A stretch of 45,169 nt of DNA from a virus: positions 1 to 45,169 of the IMG/VR virus record IMGVR_UViG_3300034069_000054; one strand, given 5' to 3'. Under the pieces are notes generated by a model, which searched no databases, was not told where the DNA came from, and saw nothing but the letters and a program-made list of their open reading frames with translations. The number at the start of each line of letters is the position of its first letter. The stretch's first letter is position 1. Shown here one piece after another: positions 6,283-14,568 of this stretch. A program made the position numbers and the translations under genes.

Positions 6283-9169
6283 GTTCCAGGGCGCCCTGGT
6301 CCGGCTGGCCGACGCGCTCGGGCGTGAAGCGAAGAAGGTCACGAAGGCGCTGGCGCGGCTGGACCAGCGCGACGCGATGCGCTACGTGTCCGACGCGTAC
6401 CCGGAGATTGCTTCGCCGTTCCTGGCGACGGCCGGCGACTTCGCTGCAACATGGTACGAGGACCAGCCGACGACCGCGGACGAAGCGTTCTACGCGTCGC
6501 CGGCGGATCTGCCCGACGTCGAGCAGCTGGCGGCGAACGGCCGCTGGGCACTGACACAGCCGGACCCCGGCAACGCGCTGGTCGGATCTTCCCGCCGGCA
6601 GATGTTCAACCAGGCGCGCGAAACTATCCTGAACAACGCGGAGCAGGAACCGGGCACGCGCTGGGTCCGACACGCGCGCGCCGGCGCCTGCGGGTTCTGC
6701 CGGATGCTGGCGACCCGCGCGTTGACCGAAGGGCACGGCGGCGCCCCCGGCCTGTACCGGACCGAAGAGACAGCCAGCCAGACACCGCACCGCAAGTTCG
6801 AGGTCGGACACGACTTCTGCCGCTGCATCGTGGTCCCGCTGCGCCCTGGCGCCGAGTACGTTCCCCCGGACTACCTGCCGCAATGGCTGGACGACTACTA
6901 CGCGGTATCGCGCGACGCGGACGGCCGGCTGCTGCCGCCGGCGACGATCGCGGCGCGCATGGAAGCCGTCGGCCGCGAGCGGCAGGACGCCGGCGACCGG
7001 ATGCGGCGCCGGCCGAACGAGCAGCTTGGGCCGGACGTCGTGGACCTGGACCAGTCGGCGCTGACCAGCGCGCGGCACCTGACCGAACGCAACGCGGCGC
7101 GCGCGGACGAACTGGTGGCGCCGGCGCGCGACGTCGTGAAGCAGGCGAAGGACGTCGCGGTCCGAACCGACCAGGTGGTGTCGAAGGCCGCGACCGTGGC
7201 CGGCGTCGTGAAGCAGGTTGTCGACTTCGCCGACGCGCTGCTGGGCGACGAGTATCCCGCGCTGCGCGTGGTCAAGAAGCTGGTCGACGACACCGAACGG
7301 GCGCTGGGATCGGCGGCGACCGTCACCGGCAAGGCCGCGACCGTGACCAGGGTGGCCGAACGCACGGTCCGCGACACGGCCGGCATCGCGCACGGCGCCA
7401 AGCAGATCGTCGATGACGTCCAGCACTTGATCGACGAAGTGCAGGGCATCGCGGAGGACGCGCGCCGGCTGGCCGACGCCGGCCGGCGGGCGCTCGACGA
7501 CCGCGGCGGCGACGGCGGGCTGTGGGAACGGGCGAACCGGGCGACCGAACGCGCGATCGCGCTGCACGAAGAGGCGACCGCACTGGTCGACCGGGCGCGC
7601 GCCGGCGTGGAGTCGGCGACGAACCTGGTCGGCGCTGTCGGCGAGATCCCGACGAAGGTCACCGCGCCGATCCGCGACGTCCGATCGCTGGCGAACCACG
7701 TCCAGGACGTCGCGAACGCGGCGCAGATGGCCGGCGCGGACGCGCGGGTGGCGGCGAACACGATCCGGCAGGCGCTCGACGCGCTCGACGGCCGCGATCG
7801 CCGGCGCCGCGACGACGACGAGCAGCGCGCACCGATCCGGGTCCGGTCCGAACGTCTCGACCAGCCGGCCGAACTGGAACAGGAACCGCTGGACGTCGAA
7901 GTCGTCGAACTGGACGACGCCGAGGCATCCGACCGACAGCTGGCGATCGAACGGGCGCCGGCGCAGCTGGCGCTGGAACGGGCGCCGGCCGAGATTGTCA
8001 CCGCGAACGACGCGCCGGCCGTCACTACCCCGACGGCCGGCGCGATCGCGGACTGGCTGGCCGCGGAGGACGAGCACTTCGCCGCGCTCGAACGCATCCG
8101 CGCGGCCGACGCCGTGGCGGAAAATCTCGAGCAGCGACCAGCGGAAACACCGGACCCGATCGCGGCCGGCGTCCCGCTCGACGTGCTCGAACCGGACGAG
8201 GCGCCGGCCGAAATCCGCACGAAGGGCGACCAGCTGCGCGCCGCGCTGGCCGAGGCGAAGCGGTTGCAGGCCGAACCCGACACGCGGAAGACGGCGCAGG
8301 GCAACAGCAAGGCCGCGGCGGCGAAGCGATCGCAGCGGCAGTTCACGCGCCGGAAGGCCGTCGAGGACGCGCAGGCCGCGCTGGACGCGGCGATCGCCGA
8401 CGGCACGGCCGACGAGCCGATCGCGGCGCCGAAGCCGAAACGCAAGACCGGGCGGAAGCCGGCCGACGTCGAAGCTGAACTGCGCGCGGCCGGCGACGCT
8501 GCGATCCAGAAGGCGGTCGACGCGTTCGAGGCTGCCTGTGCCACCGGCGACGACGAGGCGATCGAATACGCGGCGACCGTCATGGACGCGGTGGAGCGCG
8601 CCGAGATGGACCGCCGCGCGAAGGCCGACGAGCAGCTGGCGAAACTGGCAGAGAAGAACGAGCGTCTGCGCGCGCGCCGGCAGGCCGAACGCGAGGCCGA
8701 ACGGCAGGCGATCTTCGACGAAATCGCCGAACTGGTCGACGACGACGCCACCGTGGAGGAATACCACCAGGCCGAAGCCGAAGTGGTCGCGCGGCGCACC
8801 GGCCGCGCAGTCCAGGACGTCCTGGTGTCCATCCGCAAGCGCGAGTTCATGCGGTCGGCCGAAGTGTCCGGCGACGGGTTCGAGGACACGCTACGGGCCG
8901 TGTTCCGCTACGAGGTCCACAAGGCGTACCAGCTGGCCGAGGCCGAGACGAACGGCGTCATGGTGCGACGCCAGTACGAAGGCAAGTTCGACCCGTTGCA
9001 GCTGTGGTACTGCTCAGACGCTCAGGCGCGCAAGGTGATGAGCGAGGAAATGGCAGCCTGGTTCGACGCGAACGGCCGGATTACGCTGCCAGTCATGCGG
9101 CAGATGGTCCTGGACGGCGACGACAACTTCGCGCGCCGCACAGTGCAGAACCAGGACTACCTACAGTGA
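6263..9169 (+). CDS. MuF-like head morphogenesis / minor capsid protein with a ~730-aa C-terminal extension (968 aa)
   Basis: The N-terminal ~235 aa has the Cys/His pattern ACGFCRML...HDFCRCIVVP after the portal gene, as in SPP1 gp7 / Mu F-type proteins. The rest is Ala/Asp/Glu/Arg-rich and helical, followed by a distinct ~120-aa C-terminal domain. Confidence 0.7.
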   Translation: MATGAPEFQGALVRLADALGREAKKVTKALARLDQRDAMRYVSDAYPEIASPFLATAGDFAATWYEDQPTTADEAFYASPADLPDVEQLAANGRWALTQPDPGNALVGSSRRQMFNQARETILNNAEQEPGTRWVRHARAGACGFCRMLATRALTEGHGGAPGLYRTEETASQTPHRKFEVGHDFCRCIVVPLRPGAEYVPPDYLPQWLDDYYAVSRDADGRLLPPATIAARMEAVGRERQDAGDRMRRRPNEQLGPDVVDLDQSALTSARHLTERNAARADELVAPARDVVKQAKDVAVRTDQVVSKAATVAGVVKQVVDFADALLGDEYPALRVVKKLVDDTERALGSAATVTGKAATVTRVAERTVRDTAGIAHGAKQIVDDVQHLIDEVQGIAEDARRLADAGRRALDDRGGDGGLWERANRATERAIALHEEATALVDRARAGVESATNLVGAVGEIPTKVTAPIRDVRSLANHVQDVANAAQMAGADARVAANTIRQALDALDGRDRRRRDDDEQRAPIRVRSERLDQPAELEQEPLDVEVVELDDAEASDRQLAIERAPAQLALERAPAEIVTANDAPAVTTPTAGAIADWLAAEDEHFAALERIRAADAVAENLEQRPAETPDPIAAGVPLDVLEPDEAPAEIRTKGDQLRAALAEAKRLQAEPDTRKTAQGNSKAAAAKRSQRQFTRRKAVEDAQAALDAAIADGTADEPIAAPKPKRKTGRKPADVEAELRAAGDAAIQKAVDAFEAACATGDDEAIEYAATVMDAVERAEMDRRAKADEQLAKLAEKNERLRARRQAEREAERQAIFDEIAELVDDDATVEEYHQAEAEVVARRTGRAVQDVLVSIRKREFMRSAEVSGDGFEDTLRAVFRYEVHKAYQLAEAETNGVMVRRQYEGKFDPLQLWYCSDAQARKVMSEEMAAWFDANGRITLPVMRQMVLDGDDNFARRTVQNQDYLQ

Positions 9170-9360
9170 CGACCGCGGAGTACGTCGAGGCGCTGCGAGC
9201 CGGCCAAAACTCGAAGCTGGGCGACCCGAACCCCTACGGCGACGACCGGCCGCTGCTGCGCCGAATCTGGTTCCGCGGACACATGACGATGCTCGAACTG
9301 AGCACCGCGGCGTCGCCGGCGCGGCAGGCATTCCTGTCCGCTCAGCGCGAGACGGGTTAA
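9166..9360 (+). CDS. Hypothetical protein (64 aa)
   Basis: GTG start overlapping the upstream TGA (GTGA). It is the C-terminal part of track ORF 9004..9360. High GC3. Confidence 0.55.
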   Translation: MTTAEYVEALRAGQNSKLGDPNPYGDDRPLLRRIWFRGHMTMLELSTAASPARQAFLSAQRETG

Positions 9361-9424
9361 CCTGCTGGTATCCGCACCGAACCGGGCGGACCCACCAGAA
9401 GACCCGAATCGGGAGAACAGCATC

Positions 9425-9979
9425 ATGGGCGACACCGCCAACCAGGGCGGCGACGGCGCGAACGGCGCCGGCGACGCAGGGAACAACACGCAGAACCAGG
9501 ACGGACAGAACGGCGGCGCCGGGAACGACGCCGGGAAGTCCAAGCGCGACCCACTCTTCGACAACCTGCCGGACGATCATCCGCTGGTGAAGGCATACAC
9601 CCGCGTCAAGGACGAGAACAAGGTTCTCAAGCCGAAGGCGCAACAGGTGGACGAGGCCGAGAACGCGAAGAAGACGGACGCGCAGAAGATCGCGGAGCTA
9701 CAGGCGAAGGTCGACGCACAGCCGGCCGCTGTCGCCGAGTCGCTGCGCGAACACCTGGTCGAACTGCACGGCATCGACAAAGACGACGCCGAACTGTTCC
9801 TGACCGGCGGCACCCCCGAACTGATGTTGAAGCAGGTCAAGGCGCTGCTGGAAAAGTCCGGCGGCGTGGGACCGAAGAAGAAGAACTACGTCAAGCAAGA
9901 GGGCGGGAACAACGGCAAACCCCCGGAGAACGAGAACGCGAGCTTTGCGAAGTCGCTGTTCGGTAGCTCTGAGGAATAA
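9425..9979 (+). CDS. Capsid scaffolding protein
   Basis: 184 aa. Gly/Asn/Gln-rich N-terminus, then charged helical segments. Immediately upstream of the major capsid gene. SD GGGAGAA. Confidence 0.75.
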   Translation: MGDTANQGGDGANGAGDAGNNTQNQDGQNGGAGNDAGKSKRDPLFDNLPDDHPLVKAYTRVKDENKVLKPKAQQVDEAENAKKTDAQKIAELQAKVDAQPAAVAESLREHLVELHGIDKDDAELFLTGGTPELMLKQVKALLEKSGGVGPKKKNYVKQEGGNNGKPPENENASFAKSLFGSSEE

Positions 9980-10023
9980 CCCGCGCGACCTGCTCAAACA
10001 CTCTCTGAGAAGGGCAAACGCAC

Positions 10024-10950
10024 ATGGCAACATTCGGTACCGGGCAACTCAAGAATCTGCCCCGGAACATCGCCGACGGCATGGTGAAGGACGTCGTACT
10101 GGGGTCCACGGTGGCGGCGCTGTCGCCGCGGAAGCCGCAGCGGTTCGGCAACGAGGACATCATCACGTTCACCGGCCGGCCGAAGGCCGAGTTCGTCGGT
10201 GAGGGCCAGCCGAAGTCGAGCACGACTGGTGAGTTCGACTTTGTGACCGCCACGCCGAAGAAGGCGCAGGTCACGATGCGGTTCAACGAAGAGGTCCAGT
10301 GGGCCGACGAGGACTACCAGCTGGGAGTGCTCGAAACGCTGGCCGAATCGGGTTCCGAGGCGCTGGCGCGCGCGCTGGATCTGGGCGTGTACCACCGGAT
10401 CAACCCGCTGACCGGGACGGAAATCGTGGCGTGGGACAACTACGTCAACGCGACCGCGAAGCGCGTCGAGGTCACGCCGGCCACGCTGGCGACCCCCGAC
10501 GAGCTGATCAAGGCCGCGGTCGGGTTGCAGGTCGCCAACGCGCACCCGAAGAAGGTCAACGGTCTGGCGCTGTCTCCGGGCATCGCGTGGGATCTGTCGA
10601 CGGCGAAGTTCGAGGACGGCCGCGACAAGTACCCCGAACTGGGTCTGGGCATCGACGTGACGGCGTTCAAGGGCATTCGGGCATCCGTGTCCGACACCGT
10701 GAGCGGCGGCGACGAGGCCGGCGCCGAACTGGCCGCGGCGAAGGCTGTCCGCGGCATCGTCGGCGACTTCACCGACGGCATCCGCTGGGGCGTCCAGCGC
10801 GAAATCCCCGTCGAAATGATCAAGTACGGCGATCCCGACGGGCAGGGCGACCTCAAGCGGCACAACCAGATCGCGCTGCGTCTCGAAATCGTCTACGGCT
10901 GGTACGTCTTCGTCGACCGCTTCGTGGTTATCGAAGACGCCGTGGCGTAG
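10024..10950 (+). CDS. Major capsid protein
   Basis: 308-aa ORF directly after the scaffold gene. SD GAGAAGGG. Balanced composition and very high GC3, typical of a highly expressed structural gene. Confidence 0.8.
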   Translation: MATFGTGQLKNLPRNIADGMVKDVVLGSTVAALSPRKPQRFGNEDIITFTGRPKAEFVGEGQPKSSTTGEFDFVTATPKKAQVTMRFNEEVQWADEDYQLGVLETLAESGSEALARALDLGVYHRINPLTGTEIVAWDNYVNATAKRVEVTPATLATPDELIKAAVGLQVANAHPKKVNGLALSPGIAWDLSTAKFEDGRDKYPELGLGIDVTAFKGIRASVSDTVSGGDEAGAELAAAKAVRGIVGDFTDGIRWGVQREIPVEMIKYGDPDGQGDLKRHNQIALRLEIVYGWYVFVDRFVVIEDAVA

Positions 10951-10994
10951 GCGATCCCCCAACCATCTGAACTGCTCAGGAAGGAGCGAACGAC

Positions 10995-11315
10995 ATGGGG
11001 ACACGACTGACGCACCAGGTCACCGGCGTCACGGTGAACGTGGACGACGCGACCGCAAGCGAGTTGCTGGGGACCGGCGCCTACGCCGACCCCGACGGCG
11101 ACGAGCAGAAGCCGCGGAAGCTGACCGCAGCCGAGAAGCGGCAGGCCAAGGCCGACGAGAAGGCCGCGGCCGACGCTGCGGCGAAGGCCGAAGCCGAACG
11201 CGAGGCAGCGGCGAAGGCCGCGGCCGATGGCGTCACGACCGAGGCGAACGCGCTCGGATCGGCCGGCGCCACCGGGTCGGCATCGACCGACACGCGCACC
11301 GGCACCAGCGAGTAG
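10995..11315 (+). CDS. Hypothetical head-module protein (106 aa) with an Ala/Lys/Glu-rich helical segment
   Basis: Track ORF. SD GGAAGGAG. Lies between the capsid and connector genes. Confidence 0.7.
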   Translation: MGTRLTHQVTGVTVNVDDATASELLGTGAYADPDGDEQKPRKLTAAEKRQAKADEKAAADAAAKAEAEREAAAKAAADGVTTEANALGSAGATGSASTDTRTGTSE

Positions 11316-11330
11316 CGGGAGGCAGGGCGC

Positions 11331-11864
11331 ATGACCGAACCAGTCGACGTCGAGGACCAGGACCAGAACCCGGACGCACCGGGTCCGCTGGTGCTGGTCC
11401 CGGCCGACCTACGGAACTTCGTCACCGTGACCGACGCGAAAGCGCAGGACATGATCGACGACGCTCTGGGGACCGCGTTCGTCCATGCGCCCTGCATCCT
11501 GGCCGACGACTTCCCGGCCGCGAAGCGCAAGGCCGCGAAGGCGATCGTCCGCGGCGCGATCATCCGCTGGGCTGAGGCCGGCAGCGGCGCCGTCACCACA
11601 CAGTCGAGCATGTCCTACAGCCAGACGGTCGACACGCGAACCCCTCGTCGCGTGATGTTCATGCCGTCCGAGGTAGACGCACTCAAGCGGCTGTGCCGGC
11701 CCGACGGCGAAGATCGCGGCGCGGCGTTCGCGATCGACACGCTGCCGACGAGCACCGTCGAGCACGCCGAAATCTGTTCGATCTACTTCGGCGGCGGATG
11801 CAGCTGCGGCGCGATCCTGACCCAACGGCTGCCGCTCTACGAGCGCACGAACGGCTGGGCATGA
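11331..11864 (+). CDS. Putative head-to-tail adaptor/connector protein
   Basis: 177-aa ORF. SD GGGAGG. Function assigned by synteny only (first gene after the capsid block). Confidence 0.55.
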   Translation: MTEPVDVEDQDQNPDAPGPLVLVPADLRNFVTVTDAKAQDMIDDALGTAFVHAPCILADDFPAAKRKAAKAIVRGAIIRWAEAGSGAVTTQSSMSYSQTVDTRTPRRVMFMPSEVDALKRLCRPDGEDRGAAFAIDTLPTSTVEHAEICSIYFGGGCSCGAILTQRLPLYERTNGWA

Positions 11865-12223
11865 CGGACTTCATCGTCCCCGAACCGTTCGAGGTCACGC
11901 ACTGGACGCGGCCGAAGCTGGGCAAGAACCCCGCCGGCCAAGTGCGCTACGGCGAGCCGGTCCCGCGCAAGCGCATGGTCCGCGGGTTCGACAGCGCCGG
12001 CGTGAACGAAGCGCAGGCCGCGCAGCTGACCGGCCGCACCGTGACCGAACTGCTGATGGCCGACGACGAGGGCGACTGGCCGATAGACAGCATGGTCGAA
12101 CTGTGGGACGGCCGGAAGTTCGAGGTCAACGCGCCGGTCCGGGATGAGAACCTGGGACCATACGGATTCAAGCCTGGGTTCGTGATCGAACTGCGAAGGG
12201 TGGCGAACGATGGGGCGACTTAG
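11861..12223 (+). CDS. Putative head-to-tail stopper / head closure protein (120 aa)
   Basis: ATG overlapping the upstream stop (ATGA). It is the C-terminal 120 aa of track ORF 11693..12223. Function by synteny. Confidence 0.5.
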   Translation: MTDFIVPEPFEVTHWTRPKLGKNPAGQVRYGEPVPRKRMVRGFDSAGVNEAQAAQLTGRTVTELLMADDEGDWPIDSMVELWDGRKFEVNAPVRDENLGPYGFKPGFVIELRRVANDGAT

Positions 12224-12503
12224 CATCCCGATCAGCGACCACCGGAAGATCCGGCGCGATCGCTCGGGCGAGTTCGGCATCCGGCAGGAGGTCGGCCGGA
12301 TCACCGGCACGATCAGCGTCGTCGCGCAGGCGATCGCCGGCGAAGAGGGTTCACCGTCGGGCGTCGGCGACGACGGATACGACCAGGAGCTTGTGACCGG
12401 CACCGATCGCGTCCGCGGGCACGTCTGGGCGAACAACGACACGACCGAACGCGCCGAAGCGCGCTCGGCACCGCTGCAACGCGCCGCGAACCAGGTCCGA
12501 TGA
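12210..12503 (+). CDS. Putative neck / tail-completion protein (97 aa)
   Basis: Track ORF. 14-nt overlap with the upstream gene. Function by synteny. Confidence 0.5.
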   Translation: MGRLSIPISDHRKIRRDRSGEFGIRQEVGRITGTISVVAQAIAGEEGSPSGVGDDGYDQELVTGTDRVRGHVWANNDTTERAEARSAPLQRAANQVR

Positions 12504-12952
12504 CGCACCCGCAGCTGGTCGGGCCGACCATGGAACCGGCGATCGCGTGCCGCGCATATCTCACGCGCCGGCTGGCCGATCGCGGCATCACAGAGGAATA
12601 CTTGCCGGTAGGCGCAACGACGCCGGCCGGCACACCGCGCCGATATGTCCTGCTGAATCAGTTGGACAGCCGCCGGCGCGGACCCGTAGCCGATTACATG
12701 CTGCGGGCGCGCGTGTTCAACGAAGACGCGTTCGAGGTCGGGCAGCACGGAACCCTGCTGCACGGAGCACTGCTGGCTGCTGCACAGGTCAAAGTCGTTT
12801 TCCCGGACGTCGGCGAACTGTGGATCACTGGCACCGAACACGTATCCGGTCCGTCGGATCTACAAGACCCGGACCACGAACCGCTGTTCGGGCAAGCGAT
12901 GACCGTCTGGTGGACGGTCGCACTCAAACCGATTGAAGGGAACACACCATGA
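12500..12952 (+). CDS. Putative tail terminator protein (150 aa)
   Basis: Track ORF with ATGA overlap. Immediately upstream of the major tail gene. Confidence 0.55.
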   Translation: MTHPQLVGPTMEPAIACRAYLTRRLADRGITEEYLPVGATTPAGTPRRYVLLNQLDSRRRGPVADYMLRARVFNEDAFEVGQHGTLLHGALLAAAQVKVVFPDVGELWITGTEHVSGPSDLQDPDHEPLFGQAMTVWWTVALKPIEGNTP

Positions 12953-13572
12953 CGACACCAGTCACCCCTGGCAGCGTCTCGCAGCTGGGCGACTACAACC
13001 AGGTATTTGCTGCCACCCCGTCCGGGTTGCAGACGGCCGGCGGTCTGTACGTCGCGCCGGCCGGCACCCCCCTGCCGGAAGACGTGGACGAGCCGCTGAA
13101 CGAGGCGTTCAAGTCGCTGGGCTACGTGTCCAGCGACGGCGTGACCATCGCGATCGACGGCAGCACCGACCCGATCGAGGTCTGGTCGGGCGAGCGGATC
13201 GGCGCGCTGCGAAGCGCGTTCAGCATCGAATACAGCATGTCGCTGTACCAGGTGCTTTCGCCGCACGTCAACGCGATGATCTTCGGCGACGGGTCCGTGA
13301 CCACGGCCGCGGCGACCGCGGAGCATGGCAACCGGATGAAGGTCGCTATCGGGTCGCGGATGCCGAAGGTCGCGTCGCTGATCCTGGACGCGTTCTTCGA
13401 GGACAAGATGATCCGTCAGGTCGCCGAACTGGTGCAGATGAGCGACATTGACGACATCACCCTGGTTCACAACGAGCCGATGGCGTTCGCGCCGACGTTC
13501 AGCGTCTACCGCGGGTCGAACGGCGATCACGTCGTCCAGTACAGCGACGACGGGCAGCGGATCGCTGCCTAG
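12949..13572 (+). CDS. Major tail protein
   Basis: 207-aa ORF directly upstream of the G/G-T chaperone pair. Followed by a strong hairpin. Confidence 0.75.
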   Translation: MTTPVTPGSVSQLGDYNQVFAATPSGLQTAGGLYVAPAGTPLPEDVDEPLNEAFKSLGYVSSDGVTIAIDGSTDPIEVWSGERIGALRSAFSIEYSMSLYQVLSPHVNAMIFGDGSVTTAAATAEHGNRMKVAIGSRMPKVASLILDAFFEDKMIRQVAELVQMSDIDDITLVHNEPMAFAPTFSVYRGSNGDHVVQYSDDGQRIAA

Positions 13573-13579
13573 CTGAGCC

Positions 13580-13617
13580 GGTGCCGGCGCGCGGTCTGGT
13601 GGGCGCGCGCCGGCACC
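13580..13617 (+). terminator. Strong GC hairpin (13-14-bp stem GGTGCCGGCGCGC / GCGCGCCGGCACC) after the major tail gene; likely attenuator or partial terminator
   Basis: Read directly. No U-tail, as is common for actinobacterial hairpins. Placement after a high-abundance structural gene is typical. Confidence 0.5.
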
Positions 13618-13644
13618 CTGCACTACCCACCGAACCCACCAGAT

Positions 13645-13656
13645 CCCACCAGGAGG
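13645..13656 (+). promoter_or_regulatory. Start-associated motif CCCACCAGGAGG (extended ribosome-binding element), preceded by two further CCCACC copies
   Basis: CCCACCgaaCCCACCagatCCCACCAGGAGG, ending 10 nt before ATG 13667. Confidence 0.5.
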
Positions 13657-13666
13657 AAATCAGCAC

Positions 13667-14173
13667 ATGTCCGACGACAACCAGCCAGAGCACGTCGACT
13701 TCGACCCGCACGCGCAAGACCAGCCGGCCGAGGCGCCGGCGCCAGAGCATGTCGGGTTCGAGGACACCACGCCGGCGGACCAGGCCGAGAGCGACGACGA
13801 ACTGACCATCGTCGAAGAGTGGGGCGGCGACTACCCGAAGGGCACGGCGCTGTTCTGCGCGAAGTTCGACCCGGAGGACTTCGACGACGACTGGGGCGAA
13901 GGCGACTTCTCCGAAGGCGCCACCGTCGCGATTCAGCGCGGTACCGGGATGCCCCCGCAGGGCTGGATTCTGCGCCACGCGCACCTGTCCGACCTGGAAC
14001 GCACGAAGGCGATCCTGGAAAAGCACGCGTCGCCGGACGCGCTGCGAATCCTCTACAGCCTCAAGGACGCGGCGTTCGACGCGTTCGTGACGGCGTGGGG
14101 GAAGGACGGCGGACTTGAGCCGGGAAAATCCAACAGGTCTGCGCGGCGTGCCGCGAACAAGAAGCGGCGGTAA
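13667..14173 (+). CDS. Tail assembly chaperone (G-type, 168 aa)
   Basis: Track ORF between the major tail gene and the tape measure gene. Acidic. Contains the slippery heptamer near its 3' end. Confidence 0.85.
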   Translation: MSDDNQPEHVDFDPHAQDQPAEAPAPEHVGFEDTTPADQAESDDELTIVEEWGGDYPKGTALFCAKFDPEDFDDDWGEGDFSEGATVAIQRGTGMPPQGWILRHAHLSDLERTKAILEKHASPDALRILYSLKDAAFDAFVTAWGKDGGLEPGKSNRSARRAANKKRR

Positions 14174-14568
14174 GGCGCGACGTTATCCAGGTGACGGGTG
14201 GCCGTAGTCGTCTCGACGACGGCACCCTGTCCTGGACGGACCTGCACGCGATCATCTTCGCCGCACCCCCGAACACGGCGGTATTCCACGCGTTCGAGCA
14301 GGGCTGGGACACGACCGCCTACCTGCTGGCGATCATCGGCGACGGTATCCACGACCTGATCTGGCAGAAGACCAAGGACGGCCGGAAGAACCGGCGCCGG
14401 CCGAAGCGCATCCCGCGGCCGAAGCGCGAAGGCGATGGAACCGCGTCGACTGGGCTGGGTAAGGCTACCGTGATGACAGTCGAAGAGTTCGAGGCGAAGC
14501 GGACTGCCCGGATGCGGGCATACGTCGAGCGGAAACGACGCGAGGCGCGGAAGAAGGGCGACAGCTGA
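13667..14568 (+). CDS. Tail assembly chaperone G-T fusion (13667..14128 joined by a -1 shift to 14128..14568)
   Basis: The downstream ORF is in the -1 frame, has no SD of its own, ends at the tape measure start (ATGA), and has a basic C-terminus. Confidence 0.75.
14122..14128 (+). promoter_or_regulatory. -1 programmed ribosomal frameshift site G GGA AAA
   Basis: Heptamer in X XXY YYZ phase with the G frame (codons CCG GGA AAA = P152 G153 K154). The -1 frame is open from here through track ORF 14191..14568. Confidence 0.8.

Noticed and set aside
3020-6342. Antisense ORFs 3020..4231 (403 aa) and 4693..6342 (549 aa) opposite the terminase and portal genes
   Set aside because: Arg/Pro/Val-rich shadow frames. 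The sense strand carries clear Walker motifs and synteny.
6095-8889. Very long antisense ORFs (6095..8767, 890 aa; 6898..8889, 663 aa) and alternative + frame ORFs (6451..7416, 7522..8478, 7995..9038) across the MuF-like gene
   Set aside because: Their translations are Arg/Ala/Ser/Pro-dominated low-complexity strings, typical of shadow frames in G+C-rich DNA. They have no start context. The sense frame has a coherent domain structure and operon context.
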